Assembly (NCBI GenBank): GCA_002633005.1
Contig: NMRA01000051.1
Span: 747,273 to 811,272 of the forward strand
Length of the DNA stretch: 64,000 nucleotides
Direction: 5' to 3'
From: Phoronis australis
Taxonomy: Eukaryota; Animalia; Phoronida
Part shown: positions 12,735-24,580 of the stretch, piece by piece
Layout of the letters: each line of letters begins with the position of its first letter
Position numbering within the stretch: the first letter of the stretch is position 1
Program-made: the position numbers and the translations under genes
Notes under the pieces: model-generated
The model's input: the letters and a program-made list of their open reading frames with translations, nothing else
Told to the model about the DNA's origin: nothing
Database searches by the model: none

Positions 12735-13456
12735 GCTTTTTATTGCCCATCTTACCAGAGATTACCTATTATACGTTATTTACCTGTATTCATTTTATTG
12801 TAATTGTACTAGTCATAATAAATGACCTTATATCGCCTACCTCGGTCTCCTTTTCATCTCTGGTAACGAGCTTGCGACGCACGTATCATTTATCTATTAT
12901 TCGGGACATATGTCGATCATAAATGGTGTTTCACTCGTTAAATATATTTATGTGAGCATATGGACCCGCCTTACTCCTTTTCCCCCTTATCTCGGTCTAT
13001 TCCATTATTCCCTTGTGTAGGACTACGCGTCGTTTTTCCAGCCTTCGCATTGGTCTGCTGTTATCACGTGCCTCGAGTTTGGTAAGCTCTTGGCTCTTAT
13101 AGGCTGATGATTGTCACGTGTCTTTAGGGGCGTTTTTCTTTGTTATTGTAACCTCGCTTTCAGTTCACTTTGTTCCGGCCACATTGATGTATGTCAACAA
13201 CTCATTCAATTTTCCCACCCTCTTCCTCCCAGTTTTCGTCATTCTCTCGTACTACCACGTGGCCGGTGCTTTTTATTGCCCATCTTACCAGAGATTACCT
13301 ATTATACGTTATTTACCTGTATTCATTTTATTGTAATTGTACTAGTCATAATAAATGACCTTATATCGCCTACCTCGGTCTCCTTTTCATCTCTGGTAAC
13401 GAGCTTGCGACGCACGTATCATTTATCTATTATTCGGGACATATGTCGATCATAAA
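12735..13456. repeat. Pair of identical 189-bp direct repeats around a 344-bp spacer
   Basis: 12735-12923 equals 13268-13456, which also explains the duplicated peptide in the ORF track. Confidence 0.9.
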
Positions 13457-13799
13457 GTGTTTCTTTGGAGAACAGTGCACTAACATATCTGAAATTTCAT
13501 TTGAATCTAATCAGCCGTTTCTGAAATGATGATATTCCGAAGTTAGTCAAATTTGGAATTTTCATAACCTTATTCACACGAGCGCACGCACACACACACA
13601 CAGAGACACGCACACACACACAAAATCAAAATAGAATGATGTCGACGCAATAAATCCCTGATCAAGTAGAAAAAAAACTGATACACTCCTTAAAATACCA
13701 AATTTGCAGGAACAGTGCGTAGGCCCTATTACGATTCTGGATTTTGAAAGTATATATTTTGGTGTATTTACAATCAATATGCATAAAATTGCCTAACAA

Positions 13800-13950
13800 T
13801 TTCATCCTTAGTAACGATGGTGGTCGGTTACCTCAGGGGTAGCTAGCGTCATAAATGTACGCCTACGATGAGCTATCGCCTGATAAAAGGTGTCATTTCG
13901 CGTTTATCAAAACAGAGGACGTCTTTCTCACGCAGCAATACAGTGAAACC
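13800..13950 (+). promoter_or_regulatory. Proximal promoter/5'UTR of Link paralogue B with GATA dyad
   Basis: CTATC-gcc-TGATAA at 13873-13886, TTATC near 13904, and the same CAGTGAAACCATGGCG start context as paralogue A. Confidence 0.5.
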
Positions 13951-16900
13951 ATGGCGTGGATATGTGCACTGTTTTGTCTGATGTTTTTGGTAAGTGAAAA
14001 AAACTAAAGCGTGGTTCTGTAAACCATTTTGGTATCGTTTGATCTGCCGTTTTTATTGACTATTCTGGATAGTAGGTCAAACATTCGTCCATAAAAAGAC
14101 GCTGGCTTAAATCTTGGCTAACAGTTGGTTTTAGAAATAAATTGCTCAAAACAAGTGTTTTAGTCCCTAATTTAACTTTCAAAAAATGCAAGTATGTGTT
14201 CAATGGAAAATGTTTCAATGATTACTTCGTACACAACTTTAATTCTAGTACCATGAAAGTATCACGTTTTAAGAAATTGAGTCAAAAACGAGTCACAAAA
14301 TAACTGATATACTCTTTGCAGATGCACAGGTTCAGAAACATGACCTGCGCTCAAAACGTGAAAAGCACTTAATCGGTTTTAAAAACACAGAAACGCATTT
14401 CTGGAATTATTATTTGATAGTATACTAGATTTCTTGGAGTTACCAGCTTTGACCAGAGCTATTAAAGAACAAAATCTATTTTGTTTTTGTGTTTCCTTTT
14501 CAAATCGTTATGATTTCTCATGATTCAGGCTGTTGGCCTGATCATTTATAAATACTTATAGAGAAACAAACTTTTGTAAATCATACAAAAACATATGTTG
14601 TTTTCTCACATGACCTGGAATGTGTTACGTGGGCGGCGCACCATAGGGGGCTAGGGGGGCTATAGCCCCCACTTTTTTCAGTGCTACACCGCACGTGGTC
14701 TATAGGTGGTGCATCACAGGGGGTCTGAGGGGCTTTAGCCCCCACTTTTTTCAGTGCTGCGCGCCCATGTGTTAGGACGCGACTGGTTATAACACTACAA
14801 CCAAACGCGCGCCAACCAAACAATTCCGTGAAGGTGACAAGTGTCGTAACTGTATGTACTCTCAGTCTGAAGGACACGCAGAAAACAACTTCTTAAACGG
14901 ACCCATCTTGGGCGGCGAATTCAATATCCACGTTCATTCAAACGGAGACGAACCCCAACTGAAGTCGTCTAGCTGTGGTGTCTCGAGGCCAATTCAGTAC
15001 TCACGCGCAAGGAAGCCCTGCTGAATGTTATTTTTAAACGTTTGTTAAGTTTTAATATTACAACTTTAAAGACTATTTATCAGATTCTAATTTAACATTT
15101 GTTACGAAAGCTGAATGCAATTTAATATTTAACAAAAAATAACTGAATTTACTTTACATTGCGCAAGCGTGTTTTTACAAAAGTTGCGTCATGAGGCTGA
15201 AAATTTTAGACTCGTCGAGGTTTTTTGGCAAAAATGATTGTTGTTACGGTTCATTTTGCATATCACAAATCTCGATATAATAACCACTGGTACAAACACG
15301 TATGTTGTATAACCTATATGTCTACATGTAGATGTAAGACAGGTGATCACGGTTACTTTAATTAGAACATGCATAACAATATATAAAACGTTGCACTGAG
15401 AGCTGTAAGTAATTAATATGAAATTTTTAAAAATAGTTCGAGAACCCATAGGACTGCGACCGCTATGATTCGAATCCGTGTTGGAGCTTATCTTAACAGA
15501 ACACTGTTTCGCCGATTACGTCAGTTCAAGAGCATCCTGGGTGCAAAACATAGGAATCAACTTTATTCAATGAAAGTGGTCTTAAACAGCGTTATTTTTG
15601 CTCGATGTCTTTAAAGGAGAATGCCACCCAAAAAACGACCTAGTTTGTATCAATTTAAATGGAGTAGTTCTACTCGATAACACCAAGTACAGCTCTTTTA
15701 CCTGACACCTGACGGCAGAGGGAGGAGTTGAAATTAACCAATGACGTGAGAGGTTCAAATGGAGTCTGTTCAGCACTTCAAAACACGCTTACAGGTGTCA
15801 GCTTACCGCTTGAATCATCGTTTTACACCAATAAATCATCAAAATCCGATGTAAAACCCTTACAAATACATCGTGTTATTGAACAAACGTGTTGTTTTAT
15901 TTCGCTGTTGCAGATTTTTAGGTATTTGAACGTACCGTAGCCTACAAAGTTCGGTAGGCCAATTTACTAAGATCCGCGGTCGCGGGAGTTTGGGGTCTGT
16001 ACGGTGATGAATTCAAATTATTCGTTCCTGAAATACAGACAGGAGAACATGGACATGTGTAATAAATTTTAGACTTGCGATTTTTTTCAGTTCTAAACAC
16101 ACAAAACGCTTGCTATCCAGACCCATGGCTGGGAACCCGAACCGCAGTCCCGGACTGAAGACATCACCAACATAAACCAGCCAAATTTGGAAACTAAACT
16201 CCCAGTCACGAAAATACTATACTAGTGAGCCAATGAAAAAACGTGCACGTGGTTATTTTGGTAAATTAGCTGCGAACTTCAAATCTACTTACTAGCTCGT
16301 GGAGGCCGGGGCCGCGAAGTCAGGTTACCCTTCTACAGAACCGTCAGGGCAAAAGTTGTACAGTAACAACGATTCGAATAACGTATATGAATATCTAAAT
16401 AAAGATTCCTCTAACATCTGACCATAGGATATAAAATCGAGTTATTGATTCACAACAGCTCTCTGTCAGCAAACATTGAATTAACATGCGCTCACATGGG
16501 CTCGGTGCACGGTCATTAGTTTATTGCAACTAAACCCGGTAACGCAGTGATTTATTCATTACTGGTTTCTCAAAACATTTGTTCTCACAAACACTCCAAA
16601 GCATTACAAATTGTATATTATAAAACAGACTTTGTTTCAGTTTTATATAAGCACTGGTTAGGGCCGGTGAGAATAATTCATTTTGAAAGAGAACTACAGT
16701 AACTATAATAAACGTAAACGTGGCAACTCGCAAACCCGACTTAGACGAGTGCTAATCCGACGAAAATTTCATAGGTCGATCGTTAGGCCCCACAGGCTAT
16801 CAGTTCGAACCGGAATACACTGATCAAGAAATAATAAAGAAGCTCTGCGAACGTGTACAGACAACGGAACACATGGATAGTTCCGAAAACCGTTTGAATG

Positions 16901-19900
16901 ACTTGTCACGGTGTCAGTGAGCTAGCTGCACGATAATGCAAACGACTGACGCTTGCGTTTGTTGCCACGAAATTCCGCAAATGAAACGCGCCTTCTTGGA
17001 GATGCGCAGATGTGTCTCACGGACCATCCTGATTTTGCACCGCATCTAAACAGGTGTACTCTTATGACGTTTGTTAGGGATGAGAAAAAGAAGTGGCGAA
17101 AACATCCTACACCCAGAGGACCAAACAGAAGCCTGACGAACGAGTCAGTCTTCAAACAGATTATATAAAACGTCATGTTCTCATGCCTTGAATTAATAAT
17201 TATTGTAATTGTTTATGTTTTCATGGCTAATTACAAATCTCCATTATCAAAAATTGATCACCAACCGATCCGACTACTACAGGCCACTGACAGACACGGA
17301 GAAGTTTCACGGCCTCCCTCATACTTGGTATTAACGGCGTACTTTTCATTCTTCGTTACCGCGAGCCACTTCCGAAGAAGAGATCGAAAAAACGATATAC
17401 CCGCTTTCCTCGCAGCTTCATTGTTCGCACAAGCGGGAACGATACACCACACATTAGTGGCACTCACTCTGTAGAAGAACCACTGACGTCGCTGAGTCGT
17501 TTCTCACCATCCTCATAGTTTAACACGGTAGCTCTCGCGGAGGTAAGATCGACCGTATACGAGGTGATGTGGGTACAGACCGATTAAGACGGTAAAAAAG
17601 ACTAATGAAATCGGGTGGCATTCTCCTTTAAGTATTAAAATACGGAAATAAAGAAATATGTAACACGAAGACACAAACGATGTCTCAAACTTTGCCACGC
17701 CATAAAGTTGATTTCCCAAATACATCATTCACGGGGTAAGCAAGTAAAAAAGCGCCAAGAAGCAGTCTGGCAAATATTAGCCGTCCCAGCTTAATGACAG
17801 GTTACTCTTATATTCCTTCGGACAATTGAAATCAATCTTGTCCAGGAAAATTTGAGGCCCAATTGGTCTGAGATAATTTCGTGATTTCCACAATGTTTCG
17901 AGCACATACGCCATTTTTGAAACCTTGACAACAATTTTGTTCCTGTCGTTATTTAACTATTCTTTTTTCTTAAGCATTTTGTTACCGCATCACAAAAATT
18001 CTCAGATGAAAATCAAACTGTCAGGAATTTCAAAACCAAAAACATGCATCCATGAATTATGTTCATTTCTCAATATCTCGGAAGGTGGAGCAAAACACAA
18101 ATGGAGCACTTAAATCGAGTAGGCCAGTGTCATAAAGTCATAAAAAATCCTGTAGTTCCAGTCAGTTTATGCCCCGAGCACCGTCGCGAGGAACGCATAG
18201 AAAGATATGTCAATTTTTGCTAAACTAGATATCTCTTCTCGAGTGAGTAAGACACAAATGGAAGACAATTTTGTAGCGGTAAGTCGGTTTCTTTTAATGA
18301 AGGGTTTCTTGTGGCTTTGAATGAAACACTGTTCTTAAATAGGATATTTTTCTAGTGACATGCTAAAACAACCGACCGCTACTACAAGTATAGATTTCTC
18401 ACATTTATTGAAACGATCGTCTTATACACATCAAAACTACAACGTCTTCGACTCATATTTTGACACTAAATCTATACGTTACAACTCGGAAATGGAATTC
18501 TAATATGAGATAATGAAAAGGAATGCAACAAATTCTAGTTGATAGAGGTAAAGAAAACCTTTTTAGAAAGCTGTCTTTCATTAATTCAGGGTTTATCCGT
18601 CCGCTGTACCGACAACACAGGTGACAAACTGGTTCCCATGGTAACCGAGTTGCAGGCTCAACAGAAGCAGATAACTCAGCGACTGGACAGCATGAAACAA
18701 CAATTCTCTTCGGATTTGTCTGCCATCAAAGATAACACCGGAAACATTGTGGCCGAGCTTTCCATCATGAAGAGAATCATGGAGGGGTTTGAAGCCAGTG
18801 TCGCTGCCATCAACCAAAAGATGGTGACGTCAAGCACTTATAACGCAGTTGTACAAAACCAACAGGACCAGCTCTATGAACACACTCGTCAGTTGAATCA
18901 ACTGGCGCAATGTTCGTGCTCTAAAGGTAAATTTCCATTCGTCCAAGTTCTTTCATCCGGCGTCCAGAAAAGGTAGTGAAGTCTAACTGCCTGTCAGCAA
19001 ATTAAAGCCACAATGTCTTACATTAAGATATTTTTACTAAATTTTTAATACAACCTCTCACAAGTGCCCTTAGCCCAACAAACCTCGTTGGAATAATTGC
19101 CTGAGGAATGTTACCAGAGAAAGGTTTTGCGACGGACGTTACGAATTAAATGCAAATTCTTTTCCACCGTGGGTGTAGTCTCAGCTAAAGCGGTATACCA
19201 TAGTAAATGCCCATTTTACTAGGACAACTAATTGTTTTAAGTTTTCCCAAACGGGCGCACTTTCGTCCGAGGGGTCAGTATCGTGAGGTAAATTAGACAA
19301 CTCTTACGCAAGTGGCACACCTTGCATGAAGAGATAGGATCGAGTTAACGTTATTATTGGGTAGAATCTACCAGAGCAATGGCCAGAGTACAGAATTTTG
19401 ACTGCCTCAAGCTGTGTTCGTAACCCAGCCAACAAGCGGCACGCATACCTTTATCGGTACGTGCCCAGTAGAGTGTGTACGCGCCAATATATCATGTCAA
19501 TCGCCGGACCTTCTGACTCAGGTCTGAATTTATAACTGACGACTATGTGGAACAATCAAAATTTCGTAAAAACAGTCGGAGGATTCAGCAACTTTACGAT
19601 AATTACCGTTTACATGTATACCTCAGTTTTTTTACATTTCAGCTGGCGACAGAGTATTCTTCCTGAAACACCCTGACGGCCACTACAAGTTCACTCTCGC
19701 AGAAGCACAACAAGCCTGTCAGGAAAGTGGCGCAAGTCTTGCTTCGCCCCAACAGCTCGAAGAGGCGTGGAAGCAAGGCTTTGACATGTGCGCGTGTGGT
19801 TGGCTTAGTGATGGTTCAGCTAAGTTTCCCACACGCTGGGCGCGAAAGGGATGTGGCTCACGATCGGGAATTAGTGACTGCGGGAAGCCGAAGTTAGCTG

Positions 19901-19929
19901 ATGTATACTGCTATTACCATAAAATTTAG
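13951..19929 (+). CDS. Secreted coiled-coil + Link (Xlink) module protein, paralogue B (220 aa, 3 exons)
   Basis: Exons 13951-13989 (MAWICALFCLMFL, GTAAGT), 18590-18926 (GLSVRCTDNTGDKLVPMVTELQ...CSCSK) and 19643-19929 (AGDRVFFLKHPDGHYKFTLAEAQQACQESGASLASPQQLEEAWKQGFDMCACGWLSDGSAKFPTRWARKGCGSRSGISDCGKPKLADVYCYYHKI*). Exon lengths 39/337/287 are identical to paralogue A and the ORF is intact. Confidence 0.92.
14628..14769. mobile_element. MITE with 5-bp TSD and internal duplication
   Basis: Termini CGTGGGCG / CGCCCATG; perfect TSD TGTTA; two internal copies of TAGCCCCCACTTTTT(T)CAGTGCT. Confidence 0.7.
16782..17145 (+). pseudogene. Decayed P2X7-ballast-like Cys-rich (KolX-type) ORF remnant
   Basis: LGPTGYQFEPEYTDQE...NRLNDLSRCQ*ASCTIMQTTDACVCCHEIPQM, then after a frameshift CLTDHPDFAPHLNRCTL. 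Matches the recalled pattern PYxFEPE...WCxCGxC..M....CxCCxE...CIT.HP.F. Confidence 0.72.
17290..17467 (-). pseudogene. THAP zinc-finger remnant (transposase N-terminus)
   Basis: WCIVPACANN...GISFFRS...RKWLAVTKNEKYAVNTKY-EGGR: the first CxxxxC and conserved W are present, but the CxxHF segment is missing. Confidence 0.62.
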
Positions 19930-22295
19930 ACGAATCATTTAATTTGCGTCGGCAATAGTGAATCTGATCTTTAATTTGTTTTTTTTTTGAATTATTCTAA
20001 AAGCAAGTAGTTTGACAGTATATAGTCCTTATATTCTCACTTGAATTATTTTAGTACTAAAACGATAACATTATCTAATTACCTTCTGGAAAACGTTTTG
20101 ATTACATAACACTCTCTTATCAGCTGTTTCATCGTATTGACTTAAAAATCTCTGTACACTGTAGGTGTGAGCTATTTTTCCCTAGGACAGTAAAGTAGAC
20201 TTTCAAAAGTTGTTCTTAGGCATATATGTATGACTGCTAAATAACTGCCATTTATCAGTGCAACGTTTGGAAAATGGTATACAGAAATTAATTCAACTAT
20301 GTAACTGTTCACACCAAAGTTCAACAAAACAAGAGGCACTGAGAAATATTTTGAACAGTGTGAGATTAGTGATCGAGCAGCCGTTCTGGGGACTGGTGGG
20401 ACTAATTTGCATAGGTGGAGCCGCAGCGCATCTAAAATCCAAACCAACGCAATGAAGGTGTATGCAAACTAGGTCGCAAGCTGGTGGCATACAGATCTGT
20501 AAATTGGCGCATCTACTATTTAATACTTTGTTTTTTTATTATGATAAAGACAATGGCAAGCATTTATCGGTAATCAGTTGATGTGCACTCAAAGTACGAT
20601 ATCTAAAAAACGACTTGTATCGTTATTAAGACGCAACAAAGGAAAACAGTGGTAGCGTCCCATGAGTGATAACCATGCAGGCGGAGCCCTTACGCCCGTC
20701 GCATGGATGTCGCAATACCTTGCGAAATCCATACGACGTCATTTAGCCTGGGGTGATTTAGGGATACTCGACTAGATCCATGACTAGAGTTATAAAAATT
20801 ATTACCAAGTAGCCATAAAAACCAAGATTGCTCAAGTATCCCAACTTGCCGCCAATTTTGCCGAACTCGAGACAAATTTAAAAGTAAGGGCAAACTAAGG
20901 TCACTATCTGTCAACAGAGGCGCGATGACCCAACAGGGCAGTCCGGTCACTCAGTTGGCGGCGCGTCTGTTCCTTCCAACTCCTTTATACTGTATGGGAG
21001 CCCGATCGGAATCTTTAGTTAATAAAACTACTTTTCCTCACTGGCAACACCTTTCTAGGCCCTGTTGTTTAGTGCCAAAAACAATGTGCACAACGCGAAA
21101 CAGATCATTCATCACGGGCCGTGAAAACTGTCTTATTTTCAGTCTACGACTTGAACAATCATTAACCGGATTCAGTCACTTGAAACCAGTAAAAAACATG
21201 CCTCAAAACTCGGGCTTCACAATATTAAACGAATTCCTTAGCCAACTTAGAGCACTCGAAAACAGAGTAAAGGGATTGTCGACAAACAACTGTGGCGGGA
21301 AAACTAGCCCAAGGACTTCAGCCATTAAGAATACCATTTATTGGCAAAATGAACACCAATTTTTATAACGGCTTCTCCCGATATCATTCAAATCAATTTA
21401 TCAGAGCTAAATTAACAAATCACAATTTCCATCACATTCAAGCGTAGCGACGGCAGATAGAAATTATTGTCTATCTCCTGAATTGCCACTAAGTGACTTC
21501 TGATGTACATGTAGATATCTTGCTGGTCAGACAGATTCACATCGTCAGCTGCATTCTGCGTTTCTATTTTGAACTTTTAAGACGTCACCACACCTCCGAA
21601 TCAAGTTTTATCACTTTTTGGTCCGTGAGAAAAGCCATGTTTTTTGAAAGCGTGATTACGTCAACTCCCCAAAACGGCAGGCTGATTATTACAAACCCTT
21701 TTTCCGTTTGTCTGGAAAGTGAACTTAAATCCCAGACATGTCCACTTTCGGTGATTTTCGCACACCAAAAATTTTAAGCAGAGTTCCGCCCAGTTTAGCT
21801 GGCTAAACAAGTACTCTGATAAAATCGGTCTCATAACACCCTTTACTAAAACAGGATGACATTTCCCTTGGCAATGTGTACTAGAGGCATATCGAACTTA
21901 AAGCATTATAGGAACTGGGGAATCTTCTAGGGAACTTTATTTCGGCATGGGATGATAGTGAATAGGTATCGTGCGCGAAGACAAAGTATGTTCAGTGCAG
22001 GTTTTAGGAAAGGTGTTAGATTCTACTAATTAAATGCCTTTCAACAAAATATTTTAACTTGTAAAATCGTGAAGACTAAATGGCCTGGTACGCTATTTTC
22101 CGCAGTTTTAAGCCAAATCTTCACACGTGCAAGGTCGGCCGGGTACACTATTTGACGGCCGGTACTATAGTATTTCACGCAACACCACAACCACTTATAT
22201 ATAACGGTTAGACGATACTCTCATATACGTACAGTAGGTTACAAGCGTAAAAAGTCAGTTAAGAACGGCGCTTTAGTGATCAGTTATTCAAGTAG

Positions 22296-22532
22296 AACAG
22301 CTTATTATTTAAAATGACTTATTTTTATTAAAATGACATGGGCAAGAAATTGAATCTTGTACTTCAAAAGTGGGGCCCCTATATTATTTGAGTTGGCCTT
22401 GCCGAAAGGCGGACAAAGAGCGGGGAACCTACCGGTATATTAATACAGGTGGCCCCATTTTTGAGGCCCGAAATTCAATTTCTTGCCTATGTCATATTAA
22501 TGAGAATAAGTCATTTTAAATAATAAGCTGTT
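22296..22532. mobile_element. Fold-back/MITE with ~85-bp imperfect inverted arms
   Basis: AACAGCTTATTATTTAAAATGACTTATT...GGGGCC (22296-22380) is the reverse complement of about 22447-22532. Confidence 0.75.
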
Positions 22533-23322
22533 GTAAGTGAATGTTGTTCTGGCATTTTCCGCCAGATGCGAAAGACACTGTCTGTGTTTTTTCTAATCAA
22601 AACAAATAAGAAAATAGCAGAACTTCCATGGTAACTTTTTTAATCACCATGTTCTATTTTACAAATAGGCGTCTTAACCCCAGCATTGCTTTTTGATGGC
22701 GCAGTAATGTGCGGGTGATTAGTTTGAGACAGCAGGAGCGATAAGCCATGTGAATGGACCCAATAAGTTAGTCAAATGAGACTGGGTCGCTGGTTGTGTG
22801 ATCAAACACTACATGGGACTGGACTACTAGTGGGAACTGGGTGGCTTTACCACATGTACATCCCCGACCATTTTGTGTTACAACCAAAATTCAATGCATT
22901 ATATAATAGTATTTTGGCAGTTCAAAACATATACAGTCATGTACATATTATATACACACACATAATTATGATGAATAATAAATGATTTCAACACAATAAA
23001 TCCCTGATCAAATCAAAGACACTGATACATTCCTATAACTCCAAAAATACAAAGTTTCCATTGCAAAAGAATTTCAATCATGTCAAAATCTTCATTGGTA
23101 CCATTCAAAATAAAGTCCACACTCATTTACAAGTACCTTCAAAACTATTTGATTACTTACGGCAATAATTACATTAATCCACTTGACCTGAGGGTAGCCA
23201 CATACAGAGACATCTTTTGGTTTAGTTTGTGTTCTTGGTGTGGAACAAATTTAACGATTTTTAAAAGGGCAAGTTAATTGCGTCTCTCATTTTACCAGAC
23301 ATACACTATGGACTGAGTAGAG

Positions 23323-23490
23323 TTCACTAGGTGGCGCTAGAGAATAAAGGATCCTAAGCATAGAACTGCAAGCATTCTGGCTGTCATGTAGGAACATTAT
23401 TCCACAAATGCCACATTGCTTTTGAACTGGGTTCTGTTCTCAATCCATGCAGATGTTTAAAAGAGACCTTCAATAGCGCCACCTAGTGAA
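23323..23490. repeat. Perfect 17-bp inverted repeat; each arm is CTCF-motif-like
   Basis: TTCACTAGGTGGCGCTA (23323-23339) and TAGCGCCACCTAGTGAA (23474-23490). Confidence 0.7.
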
Positions 23491-24580
23491 TATGGAATCA
23501 TCTACAGTTCACTTACTAATTGCATAAAATTCAGTACCAATACAAGGTAATATTATGCATACAACATGCATCGCAGTCTTTCCAATACTCAGACAAAATG
23601 ATTTAAATCTCCAGACAATTCATTTAAAACATGAATAAATACTGCACTTCAGTGTCGTTAGTTTTCCAAAAATTAGGCCACTTCAATTCATTCACAGGTG
23701 ATGTCTCAAGTAGAATCCAATTGCACCAATCATAGTAAACTGTCAGATAGGATTAATTGGACTATTTCATGAATTTCGTGTTAAAGATTATATTTGTATG
23801 CTGTTAACTGTGCTAATGAATAGTAGGAACTAGAAAATGCTATTTGAACATCATCTACACTAAACAAAGTGCAGTTGTAGTCATTGACAATTTGCAATTG
23901 TGAAAACAAAAAAAATCTGCAAATAGGTGACATTTGCACAAATTACGTACCTTGGGGGCTCACATAGCTTGCATCATGCAGCGTTATTCCCCAACACCAC
24001 GTCACGATACTTTGGACACAGTTGAGTGATTTGCGGTGGATCATTTTCAACACAAAACTCGTTCTTAAAAACATTTGTCAATTTTCAACCTACTTGGTAT
24101 TCGCATCGTCACTATATCTTGTGTTTCTAACTCATTTGACCAAGCAATCACAGAGATAAGGAATTGGCGTGCAAGTTCCACTTTAAGGCAAATTCGTTTC
24201 ATGAGTCTCTATGGCACAGAAGTCGGAGAAAATGCCACTTTAAAATATGAAACCAGGTTTTTAAGTTCCAAACTTACAATAAAATTTCACCAATTTACAT
24301 GTAGGATACAGTATGGCAGACAATAGAAATAAATTTCGTTTTTTTTTTAATTTTTCCTGAAATGAAAATTACCACATAAATGCTTTTATAGTCTTAGAAG
24401 TTGAATACCTAATCCAGATAATGTTTTTCAAAATGTGGGAACTCACATCAATGTTAGAAGCCTTCAAAAAATGAAGAAACCACCGTCACTATTTTTGAAG
24501 AGCAAATTACCACATTCCCAGCATAGCAAGCCACAGAGAAGGAGAGAGAGAGTGAGTTACAACAGACTCAAGAGAAGTTC

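Larger units (their letters stand above)
15615..17627. mobile_element. Kolobok-type DNA transposon, internally deleted, in intron 1 of Link paralogue B
   Basis: Perfect 15-bp TIR AGGAGAATGCCACCC, TTAA duplicated on both sides (15611-15614, 17628-17631), purine-purine termini, and convergent decayed ORF remnants. Confidence 0.88.

Noticed and set aside
20200-21400. Coding-like composition with several short ORFs (e.g. 20925-21368)
   Set aside because: All frames are interrupted, with no recognisable motif or splice structure. At most an unidentifiable old repeat.
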